Made by a program: the position numbers and the translations under genes
Assembly (NCBI GenBank): GCA_013265495.1
Contig: MU058844.1
Coordinates: forward strand, 6,509,260-6,573,259
Direction of reading: 5' to 3'
DNA length: 64,000 nucleotides
Source of the DNA: Vicugna vicugna
Lineage: Eukaryota
Shown here: one piece after another, positions 50,995 through 63,895 of the stretch
Numbering within the stretch: the first letter of the stretch is position 1
How the letters are laid out: every line of letters begins with the position of its first letter
Notes under the pieces: generated by a model
What the model saw: only the letters and a program-made list of their open reading frames with translations
Told to the model about the DNA's origin: nothing
The model's database searches: none

Positions 50995-52720
50995 TTTTCT
51001 TTCATCAACTCCTTATTAGCATCTATTTTGTTAAGGCTCTGCAGAATAAACAAAGATTAGTAAAATACAATCCCTTTCCTCAAAACCTTTACCTTTAATA
51101 TGGGAATATTATCAGATGTTCACACAATACCCCAAATTTAGCAGAGTAACTTTATCACAAGAGAAGAACTATGAGGTTTACAGTAGGAATAGGTGTTATA
51201 ATTAGAGGATCATGAAAGGTTTCATACAGAAGATTGTATTTGAAATGATTAGGCTTTTAAGGGATTATATAAACATGTTAGGCATGTTAAATGTTTTTGA
51301 CCTAGGAAAAACATTACAGCTCTGCTTTGAGAAAATTTTAAGGTTACTTTAGAGTTAGAGAAAGTGAGCCAAGGAGACACTAAGGAGATCAGTGAAGTAG
51401 GTGTAGAGAAATCCATGTGAGAGTCAACGAGGGCCTTCCATAGACGGGTGGCAGCAATCAGAAGAGATGCAGAAACAACGTAAATACGAAACCACCACAA
51501 ACTGCCAACAGACTGGATAAAAGGAAGCAGGAAAAGTTCTTTGGACATTATCTTATAGGAGCTGTGGGAACTTTTGATGGCCTTTAAGCAGGGAAATCAT
51601 TTTTTTAAGAAAATAATTATCCTTCTTACTGCACTATGGTGCACGAGTTTACAGAATACAAGACCAAAAGTAGGGAGAGAAATTAGAGAGTATAGTAAGT
51701 ATTCCAAGCTAGCCATTATGACACTGTGAACTATGGATTAACAGTAGATATATGGATGAGACAATGGACAATACAACAAGACAGAAGAGTCAAAAATGGT
51801 CCTCATCTTTCTAGCTTGGACTGTGGTAATAAGTGTGACTCATCAAAATAAGGAATACCAGAGGAAGGTCATGATTCAGAAAGAAAGTGCATTCAGTTTT
51901 AGATACATTAAGTTCTGCGTATAAAAGAGCTATGTAGTTCGCTTTTTTTGTTGTTGTTGTTATAGCCATAGACTTGGTTCTGAACAGCCATGGTTGTGGA
52001 TGAGATTTTCTTGAAAGTACACAGAAAAAGAAAAGAAAGGACAAAGGATGGAATTCTTGGTAGGACCACATTCAAGGAGAAAGAGAGAAAGAGAAGCCTA
52101 AAATAGGTATAAAGGAAGAATGGCCAAACATGTAAGAAGATAATCAAGGAAGTATGGCCCCATAGAAGTCAAAAGAAAAAGAAATGGTCAGCAATCAAAT
52201 TTTTACTGGCATAAAATGCTACAGAGGACAAAATAAAAACTGAAACAGAACCTGTGAGTATGGGTCTAGAAATCATTGGTTATTTTTGTCAAAAGCAGTT
52301 TTATTCATTGTTGTGATGGTGATAGATACCTAGCAGGTTTCAGACTGAATGAAAGACAAGGAAATGGATAGAGCAAAAGGAGCTACTCCGTAAGAAGCCT
52401 GACTGTGATGAGCAGAGCTAAAGAGCAGCTAAAGTGAGACATATAAACCCAGATGATCTCATGATTTTTCTTCTGTTTTTGTCCCTAGGATGGGGGAAAA
52501 CTGAACATGCTTATAAACAATAAGAAAGGAAGTAGTTGTAGGGGTGTTTCAGCATATAGGAAAAAATAGAGGTAAAATAGAAAATGACAGAATATAGAGC
52601 AAAGAAGGCAAGGCTAGCCTTTGGTAGAAGAAACCTTTCTTACTGAGGTAAGAGCAAGCAAAAGAAAAAAAAGGTGACAACATAGATTGATGCTAACTAG
52701 AAGTGGAGGAATTTCTTAAC
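50995..52720 (-). mobile_element. Long L2 fragment
   Basis: gggaacttttgatggcctttaagcaggga; ttcagttttagatacattaagtt; gtggatgagatt; purine-rich throughout. Confidence 0.75.
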
Positions 52721-54262
52721 TGATGCAAAAATGTTATGTGATCATTTGCTAATAATGAGGAGGAAGGAATTGAGTATAATTCTTAAGGAAAGAGATTTAC
52801 AATCGATGTTTTGGAAAATGGAAGAGGAAGCTAACAACGGACACAGAAAAGAATTACTGAATAAGTAATATTTAGAATCTATCATAAAATTATGGAATGG
52901 TCCCACTGGGAAACTGTTAAGGCCCAAGGCATAACAAAGCACACAGTTAGGAACTTATTAAAACTACTGATGTCAAATATGTTTTTAAAATCATAATTTT
53001 ATGATATAGCAAGAATCACTTTCAAAAACTAAGTTACCATTCTTTGAGGGTAGGGCCCTGGTATTAAAACGCTTTTGTACCATCTTAGCATATAGCTAAA
53101 AGCTTTGTCCTTGAAGTAGTCAGTAAATTTTTGTTATAAAACAAATAATAATTACAATTTGGCAGAACAGAATTTAAAAATCAGATTTTTTTTTTTAGAA
53201 AACACCTGAAAATATCACTAACAACCAATAGCAATGATGCATTTTAGCATAAGCCAGCAAGTACTACTCCAATAAGCTACCTTATAGCCACTCCTATTCT
53301 GGAATTGAAAAAAAAAGCTTCTGACTTTTGAAAATGACTAATCTGGCCTGTGGAAAGGAAATATAACTAAAAGAAAGTGAAAGATTCATAGCTTACTATT
53401 AGGAAAAGTCATGGCTAAACTAGTTCTGCAATATTATCATTGGTTATAATTTATTTATTTTCTGTGTAATCAGGAAATGTAATATACTCAATATAGAGTG
53501 GCTAGAACACCCTGAACTGCATATGTAACTACTTGCCAATGTACCCCACATGGAACACTCAAAACTCGTAAGTTCTGAGTAATACATAGATCAACTTTAG
53601 CAATGTAACACAGAGAAGTGAGCCCTGCCTGCTATCCTTACATTCTAAGGATCCTGATGGCCCACAAGTAGGTCCTAGAAATCCACCCATTTCTCAAGAT
53701 GCCAATACCATGACCTAAGGATGTGGACCTCCTGGGTTGCAGTTGGGGGGAAACAGAAATAAAAACAACACAAAACTCCTTCGCATCAAAAATTTCTAGT
53801 CCCAAGAATTAGCTCAATTATGGGAATAAGCCATCACCTACATGACTGAACCACTTCAACCAAGTATGTTTTACATAATTACTAGATAGCAAACCACACA
53901 GCAAGGACATTACATGATCAAGAAAATTCTGTTGCCTTTTCCTACATTTAGAAAGATATGAAAAAGCAACAGTTTATGTTATAAATATCAGCCTTTCTAG
54001 GACAATCTTCGAAGCCTCATAGGCTCTGGCCACCCCCAAGATCCAAAACACTACCTGAATTTCCAGTGAATTTCCACAAAAACTAATCAAAGAAGTCCAT
54101 ATTAATACTGCCAAGCCACAGTCAACTGCTTTGATTATTAGGACTAATTAAAACTCATAATGGATCTTAATCCACACCATAAACCAATACAACAATACTG
54201 TTCAGAAGTAGCAACTGATTCAAAAATGCATGAAAAGCAAAAACAAAAACAGAATAACTTAC

Positions 54263-54486
54263 TCTCTGAATATTCTCTAATTTCTTCTTTTCAACTTCAA
54301 ATTGTTTCATCCAGCAATGTCTTTTTTCTTCTTCTTCTTGAAACTGCTTTTCTTCTCTATCCCTCTGAGCTCTGAGAGTTTCTTTCTCTTGGTCTTCCAG
54401 CTCTTTCTGTTTGTCTTGCCAAGCCTCAAAAGACTGCCTACATCTTTCTTCCACTTCACAGTATCCAAAATTTATATCAGCATCAT
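54263..54486 (-). CDS. LRRIQ1: LRRIQ1 coding exon 5 (224 nt, DDADINFGYCEVEERCRQ...KKKLENIQR), E/K/R-rich
   Basis: Inside ORF 54167..54496; gaatacag|AT ... AGA|gtaagt; phase 1 to 0. Confidence 0.95.
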
Positions 54487-55016
54487 CTGTATTCACGAAG
54501 AGAAAAATTTTAAATTGAACTTGTCAAAACTGAACCAATGTAAAGTATAAAAGTAATTTCAAAATAAAGAAATAATGTCAACATCTTACCAAAGTATAAG
54601 TGATAATATGCAAAAAGGAATGAATAGTAATTCCATTGCAATCAATAAAGAAATCACATAACTTGCCTTAAGTTATTCCACAAAGCCTCTATAAAATATA
54701 ATGTGTGTGTGTGTGTATGCGTGTGTGTGTAATTAAGGAACATGGTTACAAGACATTTAAAAAATTTAAGTCTGAGTATATCTATTGCAGTCAGCTATAA
54801 ATGTGGAACAATTTTAAATCTACTTACATCAAGTTAATTTAGGAGCCATAAAAAAGCTATGGGAATGTGTAATTAAATAGTGTAGTTAAATGCATAACAA
54901 TTTTCAAATATCGTGACTATATTCTTCTAAATGTCAAAACTTTCTAAATTTGTTTCAGATAATTATGATCAATCACATAAAAATTATCACAAATATCATC
55001 AAGAAGTTTAGCTTAC

Positions 55017-55134
55017 CTGGCAAAACATGTTCATCCACAGGCAAGTCACAAGGACTAGGCTCTGGCACAGAATTAGGACTGCGACAACGAGTTTTACTTC
55101 TCATAAATTCTTCTTTTTCTATTTCAGATAACAT
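55017..55134 (-). CDS. LRRIQ1: LRRIQ1 coding exon 4 (118 nt, MLSEIEKEEFMRSKTRCRSPNSVPEPSPCDLPVDEHVLP)
   Basis: cctcttag|ATG ... CCAG|gtaagc; phase 0 to 1. Confidence 0.94.
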
Positions 55135-56409
55135 CTAAGAGGTTAAAAAGTGCCAATAATTTAAAAAATAGAGAGTAAAATCTATCATTTTAATAATGTA
55201 TTTAGTATGTCGATACACATATCTAGAACTTTATTTTTTTAAATCTCTCTTGAATACAATTCTATAGCACGTTGATAATTATTCTCTTCATGGTGAAGAA
55301 AAATGTTTTTCCCATGCAAGCAAACTGTACTTTATCCCCCTTATGTTTTTCCAAATTCTAATTAGTAATTACTTTCTAATATTTACTCATAATACTCAAA
55401 CTGCTTGAGAATCATGCCAAAATGTTTCTACTAATATGTGTTTTCTTCCTAATATATTTCTGTATTTCTTATCTGTAGTGACTGCTCACATATACGCTGT
55501 TAATATATTCAGTATGTTTTAAAAACAGAACTATTCTCTAATTAACTGAGTTATACACAAGTCATAATTTTGATTAATACTTTTCCATAATTAGACTCCC
55601 ACTGCACTCTAGCTTGAAAGATATAGGGTACCTATTCCCATGAAGTAGCAGCATCTTAATTCAAAAATCAATATTTCAGGTCTGAGTGTTACCAAAAAAA
55701 AAGATAAGAAACATATGTATAAGTAATTTTCAGATTATGTTAAACATGTACAGAGCAAGAACAGAGTTTGGTAAAGTCAGAGTTGGGTAAAATGAGAAGT
55801 AAATATGAGTTCAAGGTGCCAAACCTGTGGACTTTCTCTTGTACATTTCTGGAGGTTTTAACTACAGGCTCTCCTTTACTCTTACTTTCTTAGGGATGTT
55901 TTTATTTTTATGTTAAAAAAAAAACCTAACAGACACTCTGCATTTAAAGTTTCCATAGAGTCTGTTTAGTCCAATTTAAAAAATTAAATAAAAAAATTAA
56001 TATCTACGTTAAAAAAAGTTTCCATAAAGTATTTAAAGTCCCCCCTGGATCATAGTACATTCTTAAGCAAGGTAATAAATATTAGAGTATATTTTGATTT
56101 TTTCCTTGGAGCTTCTAGGGAAAAAATATTGTTCAATATAGTTCTACTGTTTTATCTACATGCACATTAAATTCCCAAGTATTAATGGTTCATATTACTT
56201 TTTAAAATATTTTTAAATATTGAAATTTGCATTGCTTTATATTATACGCCAGACGAGAAAATAAAATCAAAAATTATTTGCTTAAAATAATTAAATTTTT
56301 AATTTTTAAGTCAGTGAACTTTTAATCAGTGAACTATATCATCTGACATGAAAGGGAAAGGGAAATTTCTAACTGTAATTTTGAGTACTTTCAGTCAAAC
56401 AACATATAC

Positions 56410-56501
56410 CTTCAATAATTGTTCTGGATTTTCTTTACATTCAGTTGACAATTCTATCCTTAAATGCATATGATTATTAGAAACTGCTCCATAACCATAG
56501 C
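56410..56501 (-). CDS. LRRIQ1: LRRIQ1 coding exon 3 (92 nt, SYGYGAVSNNHMHLRIELSTECKENPEQLLK)
   Basis: tttctttctatag|GC ... AAG|gtatat; phase 1 to 0. Confidence 0.93.
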
Positions 56502-56739
56502 CTATAGAAAGAAAAAAATATTATAACTTTAATTATTAGGGCAAGGCACAACACATTAAAATCCCAGACCCTTTAGTCATCCTTTAATCTCAAATTCTGC
56601 CATAGTATACTCTTATTTTTCTCTTGCTTTATGTCTTTCTTTATTCTGTCTTTATACCCTTTATCTCCACTCCTTCCACACACTCTCAAAATAAGCAATT
56701 TTAGTATCTGAATGTTCTTTAAAAAGTTCTCTTTCTGTG

Positions 56740-57280
56740 TTCTCAGAAAGTAGTTTTTATTTCGTAGGCATGTATTTTTAAATGTACTCCAAAGCTACTA
56801 TTATCTCTCTTATTTTGTGGCTTACTTTTTTTACTGAGTACTGTTTTTCATTTCCTTCCACTTTGCCAGGTGCTAATATTTAATCTGTTGTTTCATACTG
56901 ATGCCTGCTATTCCACAGTATGCACTACTCACTCACAGTGTTGTACTATCCACTCGTGCATTAATGAATACCCATGTTTCCCCCAAGTCCGTGCCACCAC
57001 AAATAACCCTTCAAAGAACATCCTTATATTAGTCCCCTTCTGGACGTGTAGAGAATTTGTTTTATATTTCTTAGGAGAAGAACTGCTGGGCTATAGGGTA
57101 TGAAACTATTTAATGTATCCAGGTAACGCCAGTTGCTTTCCAGAAGTGGAGGAACGAGTCCTGCGGCAGTGCAAGTTTCTACATTTCCACATCCCTGACA
57201 TTAGTAATTATCTAGTCGTCTAATTTTTGCTGTTTTGATAAAGGTAAATTGAAATCTCATTGTTGGTTTGCCATAGTATA
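56740..57280 (-). mobile_element. L1M 3' fragment
   Basis: ttaggagaagaactgctgggctatagggtatg...tttccacatccctgaca...atctcattgttggtttg. Confidence 0.7.
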
Positions 57281-57799
57281 TTCTTGATCATAACTCAAAA
57301 CAACAGAAAAATACTGAAGAATAATCAGAGGAAATCTGTACTCTTTATTCTAAAAATGAAAGTAATAGATTTTTACAGCACTCTATCACCATCATTGTCT
57401 AGACTGAAGTTTATTTTCCATGTACACAGAATAAAGCTGTGTTTAATATGCAGACACCGTGATTTGAAGTCAACAAAGGTTAGATTCCACCTGCCACAAT
57501 CTAGTAATATCATCTTGTACAAGATATTGAAAATGCATTAATAAAAGTATTAGTTTACAATATTATAATTACTAACATGAGTGAAGTGAACTTTCATTTC
57601 TAATTTTGTGAGTTGTTTAATTTTATTCTTTTTATCATCAGTATAGATGTAGTTATGTTTCCTTTCCTTTTTCAATTTGAGTGTTTTATTATAGTAATGT
57701 TCCTTAGTAGTAAAGTATTTTTCACAGATGACCATTCTACCAGATAACTGACTATTCACACCTATTCTGTCCGATATTATAGATTTCCTTTTCAACACC

Positions 57800-58770
57800 T
57801 ATTCACAATCTCTCTGGCATGCTTTCCTATGCAAGAGGCTGAAAAGCAAAAATAACATTCTCCAGATTCTTTGGAGCTAGGTTTCTGAGGGTGATTTAGG
57901 TTCTGCCAAATGATACATGTGTGCAAGTCTTTATTTTCATAAAAATATTACGTGTGAAGAGAGGCAGGAAGAGATACTGTCTTTTTTCTGGCCCAGACTA
58001 TGACAGAGGGAGCTTCAGGTTGGAGATAGGAGTGAGTAGTAGAGGATTAATGTCTCTGAATTTCTTCACTGTATCAGACAGCAGTGCCTGCTGCAGCCCA
58101 GTTCTACAATGTATGTGCAGGTACATTTTCTACACTTTGGATGTTCAGCCTAGAATCTGTTTCTTCAGTTCTATTAACAAGTCTCTTATTTATTATAGAA
58201 GCTAGTCTCCAAAGATGTCACTCCCACACTTCCTAGTATGTATACCCTATGTAGTTCCCTCCTACACAGAATCTGTGCTGAGCCTGGGACGCCATCAGGA
58301 TGTGGCAGAAATGATGTTGCATGACTTCTGAGAAAAAGTCATGTGAAGTTTTACCAGGTTCCACCTTACTCTCCTGATATTTTGTTCATGGGACACTATT
58401 TCTCAGAATCCAGGTGCCATGCAAGCAATGGAGGGAGACCACATGCAGGTACCTCTAGCTGACAGCTCCAGCTGAACTCCCAGCCAACAGTTAGCATCAA
58501 CTGCCAGCCTTTTGAGTGAGTCATCTTAGAATTCCAACCCAGTAAAGACTTGAGATGACTGCAGCCCTAACCAACATCTGACTGTAAATGCATAAGAAAT
58601 CCAAGCAAGAACTACTTAGCTAAGCCCAGTCAACTCAGAGAACTATAAAAGATAACAACATACTGTAATTTTAAACCAGTAAGTTTGCTTTACACAAACA
58701 CCCCTAAAACCTTACTGTTTAACATAGCTAAAATAGTTTCTGTCTACAACTGAGAGCCCTGATCAATACA
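57800..58770 (+). mobile_element. LTR33-like LTR interrupted by an MLT1E/F-like LTR (about 58200-58690)
   Basis: ccagattctttggagctaggtttctg...ttaggttctgcc; MLT1 part gctagtctccaaagatg...gcagaaatgatgttgcatgacttctgag...gatgactgcagccc; LTR33-like tail ...tacaactgagagccctgatcaataca. Confidence 0.65.
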
Positions 58771-59369
58771 TCTATATCCATAAATAAAATTAGCCTCTAG
58801 TTTCTCTTGTGTGTGTGTTCTGCTCACACAGTTTTGTATTTGAAATCTGCAGCTTTTTATAAATAAAATATAATCTGCAGATTTTGGCTCCTTGATGGAT
58901 TGTAATAATCGAATTGCAAAATTCTTCCTAGTTCCTAATGACATTTGAGAAGAAATTTCTTTGCACCGTCTTGTCAGATTATTGATTTAATCATATTTTC
59001 TGCTTTTTCAAGCAATCTTGATAATTTGAATTTTCTTGGAAAATTATTCTATTCATTGAGTCTATCAAATCTATTGAATTAGAGCTGTACACAGGATTTT
59101 GTAATTTGCTAAACCACTGCTATAACTGTAATTATATAATGTTTCATGTAACTAATTTTCTATAATTATGCTTCCTTTAATTTTTTTATAATTAGGCTCT
59201 ATAATTGCCAATATATTTAAAATATATTTTCATTGTATAAACTTAAGTAAAAAAAAATAAGCAAACCATTAAAACCCCCCATAACTCAACTATGATGACA
59301 CTGCTAAAATCTGAAAAGTCTACATATCATAAGTGTTTACATATCCTTTCACACAGGTGCTCACAACAA

Positions 59370-60100
59370 AAACCTTAGAGCCAGTTTCCTCTCTTCCTTT
59401 CATATAAGTCCATTAAAAATATTTTAGTTCTTTTTATCTTAAAAATGGCTTCTAGAATATGACCATTTTCCACCATTTCTACTCAAATTACTCTCATCTG
59501 TAGCTATACTATTGCAATAGTCTTGCAGTAGACTCTATCTTCTCTACACAGTCCCCAGAATGATTGCCTCGAAATACATCAGATACTGCCACTCCTTACT
59601 CAAAAACTTCACATATTCAGGATGGAATCCAAAGTCCACACTTTGGATTTATAAGAATCCTGTATGATCTAACCACTCATTTGCTTAGATACAACCTCAA
59701 AAGCTTACTGCTCTTCAGACATATGCCTTGGCCTTTATAATTCCCTCCTTCTGGAACACCAGCTCTCCAGGGACCCACGAGGCTCGCCTTCTCATTCAGA
59801 GATACTTCATGTGGCTTACTGCCCCATTATCAGTCATTACTTAAAATCACCTCCTCAGAGAGGCCTTCCCTTACTTAGCCCATCTAAAAGAGTAACCTTC
59901 AATCTCTATCCCTTTATCTTGAAATCTTTCCTTCACAGAAGTTGTCATAATTGAAATATTACTTACCTATTTATTTATTGTCTGTCTTCCCACACGGGAA
60001 CATTAGCATAGGCAATCAGGACATTTGCCTATTTGTTCCCTGCTATATTCTTAGTGGCTACAATAGATCTTTTTACACAATAATATTTTTGGTACAAATA
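59370..60100 (+). mobile_element. L2 3' fragment
   Basis: cacctcctcagagaggccttccct; tttatttattgtctgtcttcccac. Confidence 0.75.
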
Positions 60101-60164
60101 TCTGTGAATTCCACATTATAATACACACTAATATTTGCAAAAGTGATATTTAATTTCCTAATAA

Positions 60165-60388
60165 ATTTTTTATTGAACTACAGTTGATTTACAACATTGT
60201 GTTAGCTTCAGGTATATGGTAGAGTGATTCAGATATATATATATCATATATATATATATATATAAAATTATATATACATATTCTTCTTCAGATTCTTTTC
60301 CATTATAGATTAGAAAAAGATATTGAATATGGTTCCTTGTGCTATACAGTAAATCCTTATTGTTTATTTTTATATATAGTGGTGTGGA
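60165..60388 (-). mobile_element. Younger 5'-truncated L1 3' end, cetartiodactyl-like
   Basis: ttttttattgaactacagttgatttacaacattgtgttagcttcagg...(TA)n...cagattcttttccattatag...tgtgctatacagtaaatcctt. Confidence 0.75.
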
Positions 60389-60951
60389 CATAATAATTTG
60401 AATAGCTATTATGTCATTAAATATTGTCCAAGTCATCCTTTTTTTTAATGAGTGTACTGTTAGATACAGATCCTGTTGAACAAGTTAGATTTTTGCCATT
60501 TTTCATTATAAGTCAAGCCATGACTAATTCTAGTTAAATATTTGTTTATTCTATTATTCTTAGAATAATTCCAAGAAGTAAATTTGCTCAGTTTAAGTAA
60601 ATAAAGATTGTGAAGTGTCGATATAAATTATATTTTTCTCCAAAAATATGTGTCAGTTGACATTCTAAAAGAGTCCCATGATTAGTTACCTTTAACATAG
60701 TGTAACAGAATGCCTGGTTTTAATTAGGACTGGCAAAACAAACTGTGGCTAGTATTCATTGGAGACATAAAGAAGGCAGTAAGAAAAAATAAATGAATGA
60801 ATTAAATTGAACAGTCCGCTATACTGTACTTGTGATAAATGCACATATCTATAATATGAGATAAGAACTTCAAGCAGTTTAATTTTATAAATTATAAATT
60901 ACTCATACTTACAGAAAACTTATCTGCCAAGCAGATAAAAACTGTACTTAC

Positions 60952-61063
60952 TTAAAACATCAGTATCTTCCAAGTCCTGAAGAATGAGCTCTTCAACAGT
61001 TTTACTCTTATTCTTTATGATGTTAATACAGTGAAGAACTGACTCGGGTAATTCATCCAAATC
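60952..61063 (-). CDS. LRRIQ1: LRRIQ1 coding exon 2 (112 nt, DLDELPESVLHCINIIKNKSKTVEELILQDLEDTDVL)
   Basis: ttttttag|GAT ... TTAA|gtaagt; phase 0 to 1; not in the ORF track. Confidence 0.94.
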
Positions 61064-62221
61064 CTAAAAAATTGAATAAGAAAGAAATTGTAAAATTCTT
61101 TATTAAAACTATATTTCAAAATTTTGATACAAATTTTGATATGCCAAAAATTTGAGCAGAATGTGTAAATGAGGTAAAAGGGCTCCATATAAAGAGCATA
61201 GTCCAAGGAAATATATTTGTTTACAATTTCATTTTCAAGTGGCTATGAATTGCATCCATGATTCTGTTGGATTTCATATTCAAATGAAGAATTTCAGAAT
61301 TTTTAGTCTTATTTGAAATAACCGTGGATAAAAAGACATAATAATGTAAAATAATTAATTTTTCCAAAAGTGTTATGTAGTTTACTGCAATACTAGTTAA
61401 AAATCAAAGTGTAATTATTTTTTGAAATTTGACAAATGAGTTTTTTGGAAAAAATTTACTTGAAAAGATTTTGAAACAGCAAACAACGGAATTTGACCCA
61501 TTTGATATTCAGAGATATAAAACCCCAATGGGCAAAAATTAACAGAATAATGGAAAAGAATACATAGCTTGCATAGATTATATAACAACTAAATATATAC
61601 AACAGATATGACAAATCAATTGAGAAGAGGTAGATTATTCCACACTGACACTGGGAATATTTGCTAAATATGTACAGTAAAATTTCAAATTCAATCTACA
61701 TTTTATATCATGCCTGAAAATAAGTTTCCATTGGATTAAGGATTTTGATATAAAAGAATGAATCCATAAATACATTTTCTAGGTATATAAACATTGGAAA
61801 AAATACACAAATGAAAAGAAAACATGTTTGATTTCCAAAAATGTAACTACTTCTGTAGGCCTAACTATTTCACATAAAGTTTGCTTTTCATTCATGTCTA
61901 ATCACATCAGAATGCTCATGATTAAGTAAAAAACACAGGACGCAAATATATATGTGTGTGTGTATATACGTATACACACACACATAATAATATATATAAT
62001 CCCAGTTTTGCAAAAGATGAGCACATATACATGTGAAATTATAGGTGATTTCTACCTTCAATATACCTTTTATACTTAAATATCTACTAATATACATTGT
62101 TTAAAGATGATCTTAAGGTAAAAAATGAGATAAGTATATAAAACATACTGAGAAAAGTAATATTTCTCCTAAAAAGCTTACTCTAGTTCAATGGCTCAAA
62201 AGTACAACACTTAACACTTAC

Positions 62222-62362
62222 TGTATCACTATTATCACTCTGGGTTTCTGATTTTGAATCACTATCAAGATCATCTTTTTCCAAGGAAGAAATACTGATT
62301 TTATCCAATTCAGCTTCTATTTCTTCCTTGAGCTTTGCATCATCATCATCACTGTCTTCCAT
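62222..62362 (-). CDS. LRRIQ1: LRRIQ1 first coding exon (141 nt CDS, MEDSDDDDAK...QSDNSDT); exon begins at 62366 with 4 nt of UTR
   Basis: Acceptor tttttttatgcag|GGTGATGG (G at -3 and +4 of the ATG); donor ACA|gtaagt; ends in phase 0. Confidence 0.92.
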
Positions 62363-63194
62363 CACCCTGCATAAAAAAACATAGAACCATTTGAAGAAAA
62401 CTGAAAAGGCTAACTGTCAGTAAAAACTATAGGTTCTTTAATGTGCCATACCAACCAAACATCTTCTACATAAAATTGTTTTAGTTTAACAAACTTTTAT
62501 CACACCTTATTATGGTTATATTATATATTAAAGAACATTGATTTCTCCCTATATTCATTCATTATTTCTTTAACGTTTGACTGCAAGATGATCGACTCTA
62601 ATAATACCCTTTAAATTCTCTAAAGGAAAAGTTACATGGAATGGACTGGTGTACCTTTCTGAAACAAAAAACTTCATAATATAACTCATTTTTCATGGTA
62701 ATAATTAATGGCAAAATATCTCTGAATAGCTTAAATATGCAGCGATTGAAATACCCATAAGATAACACGCTATGTCTCTACAGGGGAAACATCTGGCTAG
62801 CTTCTACTCATTAAGACAGAGTTACTCATTTTACAAAATAGCCACATGTTTTTACCAACAATAACGTGTTGTAATAATGGATAATGTATGGCTTATAAGT
62901 TCAATACTTATTTCATTTAAATCTTTAATGCTTGTAATGGATATAGATCAAGCAGTGCATTCATTATAGTATGTCTTTACATCATCATTATTAACCACCA
63001 TCAGTCAAGCTCATTATCCGCCCAGCAATCCCTCTGAATAACCTCTAGTCCAATCATCTTAAAATTGTAGATTTGAACAGTCAGTTCATTCCTATTAAAA
63101 AAAGATAATACCTTTGCCTGCCCTTCCTCTAGCTATAGATACCACATATCTTTCTTTCACACATAAATGATTTAATTGGCCTAATTTTCATGTA

Positions 63195-63895
63195 CTTCAT
63201 AAACTCAGAAAAATGAAATTTTATGTTCATACTTAAACTTGTGCAGAAATGTTCAGAATAGTTTTATGCATGATAGTCCCAAACTGGAAACAGTTAAAAA
63301 AAATCCCCCAATAGGCGAATAGTTAAACTAACTCTAGTTACATCCACACCATGGAATAGTACTCAGCAATAAAAGGTAGGAATCATTGCTATAAGCCACA
63401 GTACCAATGAATCACCATGAATCTCCAGGGAACTATGCTAAATAAAAAGCCCACACAAAAAAGTAACATACTATATGATTCCATTCATGTGACATTTTTG
63501 AAACATCAAAATTTTATAAAAATGAGGACAGATTAGTGATTTCCACTAATGGGGTGGATGGGGTTGGAAGAAGATGGTTATGGTGATAATAGGGCAACAT
63601 GAGAGATTCTTGTAGTGTTGGAACTGTTCAGTATCTTGATCGTGGTTGTGAGTAAGCATATTCAGATGATAAATACTGTATATAAAGTAATACACCAGCA
63701 AATGAGCACAAAAAATTGAAGCAATCTGTATAAGGTCAGAATAAGACTGCACCAATATCAATATCCTGGTCGTGCTGTTACACTATAGTTAACAAAACAT
63801 TACCATAGAGACAATGGACTGAGTGTATAGGAAATATTTCTGCATTATTTCTTAAAGCTGGACATGAATCTACAATCACCTCGATAAGAATTTAA
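63195..63895 (+). mobile_element. L1MC/L1MD-type 3' end
   Basis: catccacaccatggaatagtactcagcaataaaa; atatgattccattcatgtgaca; catgaatctacaatcacctc. Confidence 0.8.

Larger units (their letters stand above)
11879..62366 (-). other. LRRIQ1: LRRIQ1 gene body, partial (13 coding exons in window)
   Basis: Spliced translation (MEDSDDDDAKLKEEIEAELDKISISSLEK...AAVKIQAKYKAF...LRR array...GNPLLQEINWR) matches the LRRIQ1 protein as I recall it; all exon phases join without a stop. Confidence 0.96.

Noticed and set aside
54160..55138. Plus-strand ORFs overlapping coding exons 4 and 5
   Set aside because: Antisense shadows of real exons
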